Positions 23,901 through 37,987 of a DNA stretch of 64,000 nucleotides are shown piece after piece (the stretch's first letter is position 1; each line of letters starts with the position of its first letter). The notes beneath the pieces were generated by a model. The model saw nothing but the letters and a program-made list of their open reading frames with translations. It had not been told where the DNA came from and did not search any database. The translations under genes and the position numbers were made by a program. The stretch covers positions 155,064,001-155,128,000 of the forward strand of contig NC_086097.1 of assembly GCF_963921235.1 (NCBI RefSeq). The letters run 5' to 3'. This stretch comes from Mobula hypostoma (Eukaryota).

Positions 23901-26900
23901 ATAGTCATAGAGTCATAGAAGCAGGCCTTTCAGCCCATCTAATCTATGCTGAAACATTAATCAGCCTTGTCCTTTCTGTATGACTGTAACTCTTCATACT
24001 CCTCTCATCCAGGTACCTATCAAAATTTCTCTTAAATGGTGAAATAGAACCCACCATTCACCACTTGCTCTGGCAGTGCATTTTACACTCTCACACCCCT
24101 CTGAGTTCTTCTTCTTTGAGTTTTTACGGTAGTTGGTATCTACTCTGTTGCATTACTGCCATCTTCAGGATTTATTGTCCCTCATTGTCCATTCACTTTA
24201 AAGCCATCTTTCCAGTCCCGTCACCCTTAAAAAACTAAACAACCATTTCCTCCCCTGATCACTCTCCCCACATTCCAGTAAACCTTTAACACTGTTCTCT
24301 ACCAGTCCTATTTTGCATAATTGTTGTAACATTTGTTGCCTTTCCTGTGCAAATTTCCGGCATGAAATACGGATATGCTCTACTGTTTCAGTCTCCTGAC
24401 ATAGATCACAAAAACCTGTTGGATGCTTATTTATAATGGCCAGAGTGCCATTAAGGTTGCTGTGCCCAGTTCTCAGTCTACTTATAATTACTTGCTCCTT
24501 CCGCTTTACTACCCTACTTCTTCCCATATCTACTCTGTTCTGAATTGAATGTAAATGTCTTCCTTTTATTGCTCTATCCCAATGCTGTTGCCACTGTTGA
24601 TTTATCCTTCTCCACACTATGCTCTTCCCCTCTGATTTTGATAGTTTAATATTGACCTCTATAGATCCTTTTTTGACTGCTGCTTTTGCCAGCCTATCTG
24701 GTGTCTCATTTCCCATAATACCCGAATGTGCTGGAACCCACATGAATGTGATATTTTTGCCTTGTCTAGCCAGTCTTGAATTTGCAAACAGGATTTCATA
24801 AAGCAGATCCTGGTGACCTCTAGCTGTACCCGCCTTAATGCTTGCAAGGGCCGATACAGAATCGCTACATATCACAATATTATTACAATCAACCTGCTCA
24901 CTCCATTCTAGTGCTAACAATATGGCAAACATTTCAACTGCATACACACTCAAGCAATCAGGTGTTCTCTTGCTAATTTCCACTCGATAACTTGGTACAA
25001 CGATTGCAGACCCTGCTGCACCTGTGTCTGGATCCTTTGATCCATCCGTAAAAATCTGTATGCCTTTATACTTACATTCCCTATAACTATGATATTCACT
25101 GAGTATATCAGCCATCTTATTACTGTGTTTAATCTTAAGCAATTCCAAATCTACAGAGGGATTTTCTAATACCCAGAAAGGTCTGACAGGCCACACCACA
25201 TTTGGACAAAACTCTTTATACACCCGTATCTTTTGCTGTTTGCTCTCCTGTCCAGCCAAAACTTTCTTTTTGTGTCCTCTCCTTCTCCCAGCATGTCTGC
25301 AACACCCTTTTTGTAGGATGGCTATCACCATGCCCCCTTAAATTAATCCAGTAATTGGTCTCCAGCTGTTTACACTGCAGCCCCAATGGCATTTCATTTG
25401 CTTCAACTTGGAGTGCACACACTGGGGAAATTCTAACCTCTCCCAAGCACACCCTTAGAGCCCGAGCTTGCACGATACAGTATGCAGTTCTGCTAGCACA
25501 GATTTTGCTGCTGACCCGTATACAATACTTCCATAGTCTAATCTTGATCTTATTAATGCTACATAAATATACTTCAGCGATGCAAAATCAGCACCCCATT
25601 CCAATCCAGCAAGACACCTCATGACATTTATCACATTTTTACATTTAGTAACTACATATCTAACATGTTCTCTCCATGTTAATCTCAGGTCAAAGTGCAC
25701 CCCCAAAAACCGAAAACTTTCAACTCTCTCCAGGTTACTTCCGTACAGATTCAAATTAAGTCCCCTGAACTTTTTCCTTGTAAGGTACATGGCTTTTGTC
25801 TTCTCCACTGAAAATTTAACACCCCACTTTGTCCCCCACTCTTCAACTTGATTAATTCCATCTTGCATTTTTGTAACTATATGTTCAATATTTCTCCCTC
25901 TTTTCCACAAAGGCCCGTCATCTGCAAACAATGATCTCCCCACTTCCATTGGAATATTTACAAATATATCATTTATCAAAATGGAGAATAAAGTTGGACT
26001 CACTACACTCCCCTGAGGCATCCCGTTTTCTACAACATACTGGCTTGATAGCTCTGATCCTATCTTCACCTGAATAGTTCTCCGGTTTAAAAAGTCTTTA
26101 ACCCAATTGAACATCGCCCCCCCCATTCCCATTAAATGTAGCTTGATTAGGAGCCCCTCTTTCCATAACATATCATAAGTTTTCTCAACATCAAAAAAAA
26201 CTGCAACCACTGTCTCTTTATACTTGAGCTTTTCTTATTTCATCCTCTGGACACAACACTGGATCCATAGTATTCCTTCCTTTCCTGAACCCGCTTTGAT
26301 ACACAGCCACCATACCTCTACTTTCCAAGAAGTACACTAACCTCTCATTTATCATACGTTCCATAAGTTTACATACACGTTACGTCAAGGCAATTGGCCT
26401 GTAGTTTTCTGGCTTGCTGGCATCTTTCCCAGGTTTCCTTATTGGAATAATTATTGCTTCTTTCCAGCTCCCTGATATTCTCCCTTCATCCCAGACTTTG
26501 TTATACAGAAGCAGTAGTTTCTCCAGACTTCTTTCACTCAAGTGTTTTATCATATTATAACATATTTCATCTTTACCTGGCGCAGTCTTTCCCGTTTTAT
26601 CTAGTGCCTTTCTTAATTCTCCCGTGCTGAAAGGGACATCTTGCACACGGTCAAGGTTAGTTTTCCTACATAAAGCCTCCATACTTTCAGCTTTTGTTCT
26701 CTCTCTACCTCTTCTTCCCTTCTCAGACAAATTATCGGAACTATGTACCATAACAAAAGTGTTTGCCAACAACTCTGCCTTTTCCTTATTTGTTACTGCA
26801 GTCACATTTCCATCAACCAGAACTGGGTACCACCACTCTCTCCTGTCCCCTCCCATCCTTTTCATCATCCCCCACACCTCTCCTACTTGAGTTGTGTTTC

Positions 26901-29900
26901 CGATTGAATCACAATACTTTCTCCAGTGCGTCCTTTTAGCATGTCATATTGCCCTCCTTACTACTGCCTGAGCTTGTTTGTACTAAATCATGTGTTGGAA
27001 GTTATGAGTTCTTTTAACCAGTTTAAATGCCTTATTTCTATTTCTCACTGCTTCCTTACAATTATCATCCCACCATGGTATTATCCTCTTCTTTATTCTT
27101 CCTTTACTTTTAGGAATGGATTCTAATGCAGCTGATATTATACCTTGTTTTAATATGCTGTCAAGTGTTTCTATGTCCATTCCATCACTGACCTGACTTA
27201 GATATCAATGACTTTTTCCAGAAATTTCTCCCAATTGGCTTTCTCAGGGATCCATTTCCCACCTGTATTCTCTGTGACCAATGAAGCAGAAATATTTATC
27301 TTGCACCAGATTGGGTAATGATCACTCCCTACAGTTCCTTCTTGGTACACTAACCAATCACACACTGATGTAATGGAGTTTGATACTAATGTAAGATCAA
27401 GCACAGATTCTTTACCTGTATTAGCATCAATTCTAGTACTACTGCCATCATTTAGGCACACTAAATACTTCTCATCTAGCAACTCCTCTATTACTCGACC
27501 GTTGATGTCTGTTCTGTCACTCCCCCATAATACATTATGTCCATTAAAATCACCACACCAAGCAACGTTACTACTATTCTGCCCTTCTATCTCCTCAAGC
27601 TTGTTTAACTCTAGTCTTTTGCATGGATTATAATAATTCACAATCACCAATGCTTTCCTTTCAGCCCATAGTTTTACTACCACATACTCTTGTTCACTTC
27701 CTACACCTAGTATTCTATAAGGAGTACCTTGCTTTACAGAAGTTGCACATCCTCCTCCTCCACCCTCTCTCCTGTCTCGCCTTACTGCCTCATAACCATA
27801 TAAAACAAAATCTAAATTAGGTTTTAACCAGGTCTCCTGGATACACACAACATCTGGCTTTTCTCTCCTACTAGCTATAAACTGCTTGAAATCTTGTCCA
27901 TTAACAATCAGGTTTCTTGCATTCCATTGAAGAAGTAGCATTATTAGTAATATCAGCCCACACGTACTGTCTCTTGACTTGACTGTACCCTGAGTTCATC
28001 GTTTACTTCTTCCCATTTTAATCCTATCATATCCAAATGGTGCTCTGCAGCTTTCACAATAATCTGAATCCTTTCAGTTTTAGATTTGATTTCGTAAGTT
28101 GTGTTTACCACTCCTGCTATAAAGGTCACCAATTTCTTCTTCTCTATCCATGCATTCTTCTTATCTTGCCTTTCTTTAGCTGCCGCTTGCTCTTTGCTAC
28201 ATCCTCCCTCATTCATTTTCTTCTGTCCTGCCAACTTGACTGCCTCAGCATGAGACTTTTTCCTTCACCGTTATCTGCTGCACCTCCACCTCTTTTTTCA
28301 ACACTTCACATCCCCAGTACGCTACACTATGGTTACCTCCACAATTACAGCACTTTGGTCTCACTCCCTCTCCACATTTTCTGTATTCATGTTCCCCACC
28401 ACACCTTGCACATCTTCTCTTTCCTTTGCACACTTTGGCCACATGGCCAAACTCCTGGCAATTGAAACACCTCATAGGTTTTGGTATATATTCTCTTACA
28501 TTGTATCTTAGGAATCCAAAATATAACTCCTTTGGAGGCACCTGATCCTCAAATTCTACCAGAACTGTTTCAGTCTCCCTTTTCTCTGCTCCCCTTGTCA
28601 TTCTTTTCACACTCTTCACTGAACTACTCCTCACCCTCAAGTTCTCCACTAGCTCCTTCATATTAACACTGAGGGGAACCCCGGATATCACCCCCTTGCA
28701 ACCATTGACCCTTTGTGCTCCAACTCTTACAACCCTGGACACTTTGACTTTCCCAACATTAGTCACCTTCATTGCCTTCTCCATCTGCTCTTCAGTTTTA
28801 CATCCTATCAGCAGGTTTCCATCTCCTAAAATTCTTGCATAGTTCACTTCCCCTACTTGTCCTCTAATGATTTTTGTTAGCTTAAGCGGATCGATTTTCT
28901 TTACTCCCCCTTCCCCCTCAAATCTTACCACTACATTTAGCAATTTTGCCCTCGGGCCCTTCTCCTCAACTTCTCCTCCCTCACTTTCCAATCCACCTAC
29001 ACTAGACCCACCTCCTTTCTTTCTCTTCTGACCCATTATCTTCCTGTTCTCAGTCCCTCTCCCCACCTCTTCTAACTCACACTCTGTGCTATTGCTGTCA
29101 CCATCAGTCTCCCTCCCTGCCATCCTATCAGAGTTTGCAAGGGACCTACACAGGCCGTCGGTCAATATTCCCACAGAATGTCCCCCACAACACCCTACAG
29201 CCAGCAGCCAACTTGTAACTCTGGCCCAGCAGTTGGAGCTTCCATCTCAGCCCCCTCCAGCTGCCGAGTACTCAGCACAGCCACCCGCCAGCATTGGTTT
29301 AGAAGTTCCTCCTCATGTTCCCTTTAAACATTCCACATTTCATCCTTAACACATGAGTTTGGTTGTAGTCTCACTCAACCTCAGTGAAAAGAACCTGTTT
29401 GCATTTACCCTATCTATACCCCACATAATTTTATATACCCTATCAAGTCTCCCCTGAATCTTCTGCATTCTAGGGAATGAAGTCCTAACCTATTAAACCT
29501 TTCCCTATAACTCAGGTTCTCAAGTCCTGGCAACATCCTTGTAAGTTTTCAATCTTGCTTACATCTTTCCTGTAGGTAGGTGGCCAAAACTGTACATGAT
29601 ACTCCAGATGAGGCCTCACCAACGTCTTGTACAATTTCAATATACAGTAACATGCCAATTCCTGTACCTAATACATTGACTTTATGAAGGCCAATGTGCC
29701 ACATGTTTTCTTTCTGATCCTGTCTACCTGTGACACCACTTTCAAGGAATCATGGATCTATATTCCAGATCCTTCTGTTTTAACACAATCCTCACCCTGT
29801 AGGACCTCCCCTGTCTGGTGCTCCCAAATTGCAACAACTCACACTTCTCAGCATTAAATTCAATCTGCCAATTTTCAGCCCGTTCTTCCATCTGGGCTAG

Positions 29901-32516
29901 ATCCCATTACAAGCTTTATTAGTCTTCCTCACTGTCCATGACACACAATATCTTGACGTCGTTCGCAAATTTGCTGATCCAATTAACCATATTATTATCC
30001 AGATCATTGATATAGATGACAAAGTACGTTAATCCCTGCAGTATACCATAGTCACAGGCCTTCAGTCAGAGAGGCATCCATTTACTCCCACTCCCTTGCC
30101 TCCCCAACAAAGCCAATGTCTAATTCAATTCACTACCTCATCTTGAATGCCAACTGACCTTCTAGACCAACCTCCCATTCAGGACCTTGTCAAAACTTTA
30201 CCAAGCTCCATGTAGGCAACATGCACTGCATTGCTTTCATCAACCTTCCTGGTAACTTCCTTGAAAAACTCTATAAAATTGGTTAGACAAGACCTACCAT
30301 GCACAAAGCCATGTTGACTATTCCCAATCAGTCCCTGTCTATCAAAATATCCAATCGCTTAGAGTACCTTACAATAACTTTCCCACTACTGATGTCAGGC
30401 TCACTGGCCTATAATTTCCTGGTTTATTCTTAAAGCCTTTCCGAAACAACTGAACAACATTATCTTTCCTCCAGTCCTCCAGTACCTCACCCATGACGAA
30501 GGATGTTTTAAATATTTTTGCTAGGGCCCCTGCAGTTTTTGCACTAGCCTCCCGTAGGGTCCAAAGGTACACCTTGTCAGGCATTGGGAATTTATCCACC
30601 CTAATTTTCCTCAATAGAGCAAACACCTCCTCCTCTGTAATCTGTATAGGGTCCATGACCTTGTTGCTGCTTTACCTCACAATTGTAGACTCTGTGTCCG
30701 CCTCCCTAGTAAATGCAGATGCATAAAATTTATTCAAGTTCTCTCCCATCTCTTTCAGCTGTACACATAGATTATTACCACTCTGATCTTCCAGAGGGCC
30801 AATTTTGTCCCTTGCTCTTTTGCTCTTTATACACATGTAGAAGCCCTTAGGATTCTCCTTCACCTTGTCTGCTAGAGCAACCTCATGCCTTCTTTTAGCT
30901 CTCCATATTCTTTCTTATGTGCTCTCTTGTATTTCTTATCCTCCTCAAGTACCCCATTTGTTCCTGCCTGCCTATAACCATCAAAACTGAATTGAATTGA
31001 ATTGAATTGACCTTATTTCTTACATCCTTCACATACACGAGGAGTAAAAATCTTTACGTTACATCTCTGTCTAAATGTGCAATGTGCAATCATAGTAATT
31101 TATAATAAATAGAACAGTCAATGTAACATAGAAATACACCCAAATCAGCGTGAGTTAATCATTCTGATGGCCTGGTGGAAGAAGCTGTCCCTTAGGCAAT
31201 TTAGAATTTCAACCTGAGGACCAGACCTATCATTTTCCATAATTACCTTGAAACTAATGAATGGCATTTTGATCACTGGATGCAAAGTATTCTCCTACAC
31301 AAATTTCTGTCACGTGCCCTATTCCCTAATTGGAGATCTAGTATCACACTCTTGCTATGTTCTGATTAAGGAAACTTAACTGAACGCATCTGACAAACCC
31401 TTATCCATCCAATCCTTTTACAGTATGGGAATCCCAGTAAATATGTGGAAGGTTAAAATCACCTACCATCACAACTTTGTTTACTTAGAACAGTTTGCAA
31501 TCTCTCTACAACTTTGCTCCTCTAAATCCCATGGATTTTTGGATAGTCTATAATATAATCTCATTAACGTGGTCGTAACTTTCTTATTCTTCAGTTTCAC
31601 GCATAAAACCTCACTAGATGTGTTCTCCAGAATGTCCTGACCGAGCACTGCTGTGACATTGTCCCTGCTGAGTAACGTCACCCATCCCCTTTTAGTCCCT
31701 CCTGCTCCATCATGTCTGAAACAACAGAACTCTGGAACACTGAGCTGGCATAACTACGCCTGCTGCAGCCAAGTCTCACTAATGGCTACAGTGTCATAAT
31801 TCCGCGTGCTGAACCATGCCCTAAGATCATCCGCCTTTCCTATAATACCTCTTTATTGAAATATACACGGCTCAGAACATTAATCCCACTGTGCCCAACC
31901 TTTTCATTCCTGACTTTGTACATACTGTAAGCTGAACAACTTCTTTCTCCGCAACTACTCCATTATCTGTTTAAGTGATCTGGTTCCCATCTCTTCTATG
32001 CAGGTCCCACCTTCCCGGGAAGAGAGCCCAATGATCCAAAAATCTTATTCCTCCCTCCTACACCCACTCCTTAGCCAAGTGTTAAACTGTATGATCTTCC
32101 TAGTATTGATATCACTAGCAGGAGGCACCGGTAACAAATCTGAGATCACAACCCTGGAAATCCTGTCCTTTAACATCGCACCTAACTCCCTGAACCCATT
32201 TTACAGGACCTCATCATCCCTCCTACCTATGTTATTGGTACCAACATGGAGCACAACCTCTGGCTGCTCACCCTCCTGCTCAAGAATGCTGTGAACTTGA
32301 TCTGAGATGTCCCTGGGAGACAACATACCATCCGGGAGTCTTGTTCTCATCCACAAAATCTCCTTTCTGCTCCCCTAACCAATGAATCCCCTATCAGTAC
32401 ACATCACCTCTTCCACCTCCTTCCCTTGGTGAGCCACAGACTCAGACTCAGTGCTAGAGATCTGACTGCTGTGGCTTTCCTCTACTAGCTCATTCCCCCC
32501 ACCCCAAGAGTATCCA
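23901..32516 (-). mobile_element. Long CR1 LINE (ORF1 remnant, endonuclease, RT), interrupted by the Nimb-like LINE and a Rex1 3' fragment (about 30985-31190)
   Basis: (CTATGA)-type tail at about 23901-23918 on the minus strand. ORF 30369..30656 'PGNYRPVSLTSVVGKLL'. ORF 31481..31681 is endonuclease-like. The 3' UTR rejoins across 24105/29301. Confidence 0.85.
24106..29300 (-). mobile_element. Near-full-length Nimb/I-group LINE (ORF1 CCHC; ORF2 endonuclease-RT-RNase H-zinc knuckle)
   Basis: ORF1 28245..29174 has three CCHC-type knuckles. Endonuclease 27198..27941 (QWNARNL, IQETWL, GDFNGH, SDHYP). RT 25455..26877 (NYRPIALT, PQGSVVSP, LFADD). RNase H 24198..25331 (FTDGSK, SDS, WVPAHSGIMGNE). 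C-terminal CDLC..H..C. (GAA)n tail at 24106. Confidence 0.93.
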
Positions 32517-32526
32517 CTGTCTTATG

Positions 32527-33147
32527 TGGGCGGAGAGAGAGCAGTGTGCCACGCGTGTGCAGCCCTCCGGTGAAAAATGATATTGCATCCGTTAAATAGG
32601 GGCCGTGGACAATTCTACTTTGATGGAGACGGACGTGAAAGCACAGAGGAACATCTGGAGAAATTTCTGAAACGTCAGTTCGCTGCTGTTGTTACTGCGC
32701 GGTCGGGAATCTTCCGGAGGGAAGGCCTCAAAATCCCCGGCTTTGCCTGCTGTTGGCGACGGAGATTGAGGTCGAATCGTTCGGACAGAGATGGCGCTTA
32801 GTACTCGGTGTCAGAGAGCTGATCGAAGGCTCGAAGTTTTCGGATGACTCAGAGTCGGACTGTGGTGAGGGAATGGCAGGGGGAGTTTTTCTTCCTTCTC
32901 CCGTCTGCGTGAGATGTGGTACATTTGAGAGACTTTGAACTTTTTACTGTGCTCATGGACTTCATCAAGTTATGGTATTGTTGCACTGTTGTAACTATAT
33001 GTTATAATTATGTGGTTTTGTTAGTTTTTTCAGTCTTGGTCTGTCCTGTGTTTTGTGATATCACACTGGAGGAAATATTGTATCATTTCTTAATGCATGC
33101 ATTACTAAATGACAATAAAAAGAGGACTGTGTGTCTTCATAATCTAA
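32527..33147 (+). mobile_element. ~620-bp non-autonomous retroposon (copy 1) with a 7-bp TSD
   Basis: TSD TCTTATG at 32520-32526 and 33148-33154. (AATCT)n tail. CpG-rich 5' half. Homologous to 49930-50565. Confidence 0.8.
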
Positions 33148-33869
33148 TCTTATGGTCTTAACTCAAGTCCCATGCTCCAAAATGGTGGCAGGTGCTATGG
33201 AGAAGTAGGTTGCTATTACATACAGTACATCTAATGAAAGATCTCCAACTTTACCATTTGCTCATCCAAACCATCAAAATTTAGGATTCAAACCCCAGAG
33301 TAGTAGAATTTCTAACAATTTTCCCCAGATGAGCACCACTGTATCTGCACATGGGAGTATAACTCAGAGGTGCAGCTTTTACTTGTTACTGGAGAAGTGC
33401 TAGTGAATTGATTATATCAGAGGTTATTAAAAAATGGGAAGTGCTGGAAATACTCAGCATTTCAGTCAGCATCTGAGGAAAAGAAAAACAGTGTTACTGT
33501 CTCATGTCCATAACAGAAAAAAACATTTGACACAGTTGAGATGCCAGTGACTTTAAGCAAGTACAGTGATGGAGAAATAGAAAGCAGCTAAAAGAACGTT
33601 CTGTGGTTGAGACAGTTTAAGAAGATTTTTTTTTGGCAGTAAGAAGATGCATCAAATGTTGCGCTTCTTTGTTTTCATCTTGACTCAGCATACCTTTTGT
33701 TTCCTTGGTGCCTATTGTGTCAAAGTTACAGACCTTTACATGTGCTGAAGTATTCCTTATGTTGAGATCAGGGAGCTCATAATATCCCAGTGCACAGTGG
33801 TGTTGAGTTTGACGTTATGATAGAGGGAATTATTTTGAGAACATGACAAGGTTGGAATCACTTACTTTC

Positions 33870-35752
33870 CACATCTCTGAATTCTACCCAAGATCCACAA
33901 ACCCGCCTGTCCAGGTAGACCTGTTGCTTCAACTTGTTCCTGCCCCACTAAACTCATATCAGCATACCTCGACTCTGTTTTATCCCCTCTATTTCCATCT
34001 CTTCCTACCTACATCCATGACACTTAAAATGCTCTGCATCTTTTCAATGATTTCAGATTCCCTGGCCCTCATCTTATTTTTACAGTGGAAGTCTAGTCCC
34101 TATACACCTCCATCCCCCACCAGGAAAACCTCAAAGCTCTCCATTTTTTCTGGACACCAGACCTAACCAGTTTCCCTCCACCACCACTTTCCTCTGCCAA
34201 GCAGAATGTCCTCACACTAAATAATTTCTCCTTTGGCTCCACCCACTTCCTTCAACAAAAGGGGTAGCCATGGGCACTCACAGGGGTCCCAGCTATGCCG
34301 GCCTGTTTGTCGGCTACATGGACCAGTCTATGTTCCAAACCTACACTGGTGTCCATCCTGCATTTTCCTATGCTACATTGACAACTGCTTCCTTTACCCA
34401 TGCTGAATTTTGCCTCCAACTTCCATCCTGCCCTCAAATTTACCTGGTCCATTTCCAACACCTCCCTCCCTTTTCTTGATCTCACTGTCTCTATCTCTGG
34501 AGACAGCTTTTCCACCAATGGCTATTATAAACCCATGGATTCTCACAGCTACCTGGACTATACCTCATCCCATCCTGTTACGTGTAAAAACGCCAACCCC
34601 TTCTCTCAATTCCTCCATCTCCACCACATCTGCTCTCAGGATGTGGCATTTCATTCTAGAACAAAGGAGATGTCCTCCTTTTTCAAAGAAAGGGCTCCCT
34701 TCCTCCAACATCAATGCTGCCCTCAACTGCATTTCTTCCATTTCACACACATCTGCCCCTACCCCGTCCTCCCATCACCCTACTATCCCCAGGGATAGTG
34801 CTCCCCTTTTCCTCACCTACCACCCCACCAGCCTCCACGTCCAGCACATAATTCTCCAAAACTTCCACCACCTCCAACAGGATCTCACTACCAAGCACAT
34901 CTTTCCACAGGGATTGCTCCCCATGCAAATCCCTTGTCCATTCATCCCTCTCCACTGTTCTCCCTCCTGGCACTTATCCTTGCAAGTGGAACAAGCACGA
35001 CACCTGCCCCTAGCCTCACTACCATTCAGGGCCCTAAACAGTCCTTCCAGCTGAGGTGACACTTCACCTGTGAGTCTGTTGGTGTCATGTACTGCATTTG
35101 GTGCTCCCGGTGTGGCCTCCTGTATATCGGTGAGACCCGACGTAGGTTGGGAGACTGCTTCACTGAGCACTTACGCTCTGACTGCCAGAAAAAGTGAAAA
35201 TTTCCAGTGGCCACCCATTTTAATTCCCAATCCAAAATGTCCACCCATGGCCTCCTCCACTGTCGTGATGAGGACATACTTAGGTTTGAAGAACCACATC
35301 TTATATTCCATTTAGGTAGCCTCCAACCTGATGGCATGAAAATCAATATCTCAAACTTCCGGTAATGCCCCCCCCCCCTACCCCTTCTTCACCATTTCCC
35401 ATCCACTTTTCCCTCTCTCACCCTATCTCCTTGCCTGCCCATCACTTCCATCTGGTGCTCCTCCCCATTTCTCTTTCTTTTATGGCCTTCTGTTTCTTTC
35501 ACCAATTAACTTCTCAGCTCTTTACTTCATCCTTCCCCATCCAGGTTTCACCTATCACCTTGTGTTTGTCTTTCCTCTCTGACTGCCTTTTAGATCTACT
35601 CCACAGCTTTTTTCTCCAGTCCTGCCAGAGGGGTTTGGCCTGAAACATCGACTGTACGCTTTTTCCTAGATGCTGCCTGGCCTGCTGAGCTCCCCCTGCA
35701 TTTTGTGTGTGTCACCTGGATTTCTATCATCTGCAGATTTTTTCTTGTTTGT
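33870..35752 (+). mobile_element. Penelope-like element, degenerate (RT to GIY-YIG to pLTR tail)
   Basis: ORFs 34270..34479 (MGTHRGPSYAGLFVGYM) and 34400..34798 (LKFTWSIS, LPFLD, SHSYLDY). GIY-YIG remnant at about 35050-35360. Decayed hammerhead motif at about 35618-35653. Confidence 0.9.
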
Positions 35753-35859
35753 ATCTGAATTCTTAACACTGCCTTTTTAAGAGAAATTTGATGATTAAGA
35801 TCAATAGAGTGACAGCTGCACTTTCAGATAGGATTAATGTTAACATTAATGTAGGATTA

Positions 35860-36858
35860 GACATTGGTTTTGTGGGAGAAGTCAGAGAGTGGGAGTTGAT
35901 GATTGCCTCTCTGACTGAAGGCCTGTGACTAGAGGTGTGCCACAGGGACTGGTGTTTGGTCCTCTGATCTGGATGATACGGTAGTTAACTGGATCAGCAA
36001 ACTTGCAGATGACACCACAATTGAGGGTGTAGTGGACAGTGAGGAAGGTTATCATAGCTTGCAGAGGGTTCTGCATCAGCTGGAACAATAGGCTGAAAAA
36101 TGGCAGACGGAATTTAATGTAGACAAGTACGAAGTTTTGCACTTCAGTAGGACCAACCAGAGTAGGTCTTACACAGTGAATAGTAGGGCACTATAGTGTC
36201 ACAGATAGCTAGAGTCATAAAGAAAGCTTTTGGCACTGTGGCCTTCATAAATCAATGCATTGAGCGGAGCAGATGCGATGTTATGTTGAATTTGTATGAG
36301 CTGTTGATGAGGCCTAATTTGGAGTATTGTGTGAGTTTTGGGCCACCTATCTATAGGAAAGGTGTAAACAAGGTTGAAAGAGTGCAGAGAAAATTTACAA
36401 GGATATTGCCAGGTCTGGAGGATCTGAGTTATAAGGAAAGATTGAATAGGTTCGGACTGTTTTCTTTAGAACATAGAAGATTTAGACGAGATTTGATAGA
36501 GGTATACAAAATTATGAGGGATATAGATAGAGTAAATGCAAGAAGGCTTTTTCCACTGAGGTTGGGTGGGACTACAACCAGAGGTCATGGGTTAAGGATG
36601 AAAGGTGAGAAGTTTAAGGGGAACATGAGGGGAAACTTCTTCATTCAGAGAGTTGTGAGAGTGTGGAATGAGTAACCAGCACAAGTGGTGCATGCGAGCT
36701 CAACTTCAATATTTAAGAGAAGTTTGAATCAGTACATGGATAGTAGGGATATGGAGGGCTATGGTTCCGGTGCAGGTCGTGAGAGTAGGCAGTTTAAATG
36801 GTTTTGGCATGGACTAGATGGGCTGAAGAGCTGATTCTGTTCATCTTTATGACTCTAA
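35860..36858 (+). mobile_element. CR1 LINE 3' part
   Basis: ORF 36196..36675 'RPNLEYC...ERVQRKFTR...TRGH...NFFIQRVVRVWNE'. Confidence 0.9.
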
Positions 36859-37859
36859 CAAATTTCACAGTTTAAATCCAGGTATGGACTATTGTTTTAG
36901 GTTTTGTGCCAAGAATATTTAAATGTATTTTTTTTCCTATAACTATATTGGCAAAAAGATCATGATTCATTTACATATATTGAAGATCATACAGAGATAA
37001 ATGCATTCAAAGTTATGTATTTCATAAAGTCGATTGTCTAGTAGTACTGTTAGAACACCCTATTTTTATTTCATTAAATGCAATTGAATAGCTTTCAAGC
37101 AAACTCTGATGAATTACCTGCCATAATTTTATCCATACAATAAAAATTAAATGTTACCTTGTAATGCTGTTATTCTGTTTCAAAGTTTCATTGTTGTTGA
37201 TTTGGACTCTAGTTCCATTAGCTTTTTCAAGTATTCATGCATAATTTATAATTGGTAATCTGTAATTGGTTTATTAATGTCACATATACAAAGAGACAAT
37301 AAAAAAGTTTTGCTTGCATACTCTCAAGACAAATCCTACCAAATCAAGGCAGCACAAAAGAAAAAAAAATGACACGCAGAATGCAGTGTTACAGAGAACC
37401 TGCAGTGCAGATGGACAAATAAAGAGTCTGGGCTATGAAGAGGTAGATTGAGAGGGCAAGAATCCATCTTTAGTGCATGACATTATTTGATATATTTGGA
37501 AGAATGTCCAAGGTATCAACAGAGGATTATAAGGAATGCTCAAACATTTTATGGTAAGTTATACAGCTTATCTTCATGTTGAATGAGTGATTAATCTTGC
37601 AAAAGAATAAATGCATGTTTGTTTTTCTGTATATTCGACCAGTGCCTAATGTTCTTTGGGACGACAGTGTATGATATGAATTCTCCTATGCACATATTAC
37701 ATGCAACAAAAGACTCTCTGTGCTTTTCATGTCTTTATTAGTATTTATTAATAATAAAAAGGGCAATATATAAATAGAAATTGTTGAGCTGGTTGAGGAA
37801 CGTATACCCACGACTCAATGAAAGATCATATTCCCTCCATTTGCTTACTCCAAACTTAC

Positions 37860-37971
37860 TTCATCCTTCACTGGGGCCACAGAGTCTACAGGGCTGGTGG
37901 CTTGTACTTTGTCTTCAAACACCTGAACTGCCTCTGTTGTATAGCCAGCTCCAGAAGCTTGCTGGTGGCAC
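37860..37971 (-). CDS. Candidate downstream or terminal exon of the unidentified host gene
   Basis: Acceptor ...TCCTCAG| at 37972. One frame gives (G)ATSKLLELAIQQRQFRCLKTKYKPPAL* (stop 37886-37888), followed by minus-strand AATAAA at 37744-37749 and 37734-37739. An alternative open frame ends at a GTAAGT donor at 37859. Confidence 0.5.
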
Positions 37972-37987
37972 CTGAGGACTAAATTTT

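Noticed and set aside
24198..25331. 377-aa RNase H ORF as a host RNase H gene
   Set aside because: It is the C-terminus of the frameshifted LINE ORF2, contiguous with RT and endonuclease and followed by the (GAA)n tail.
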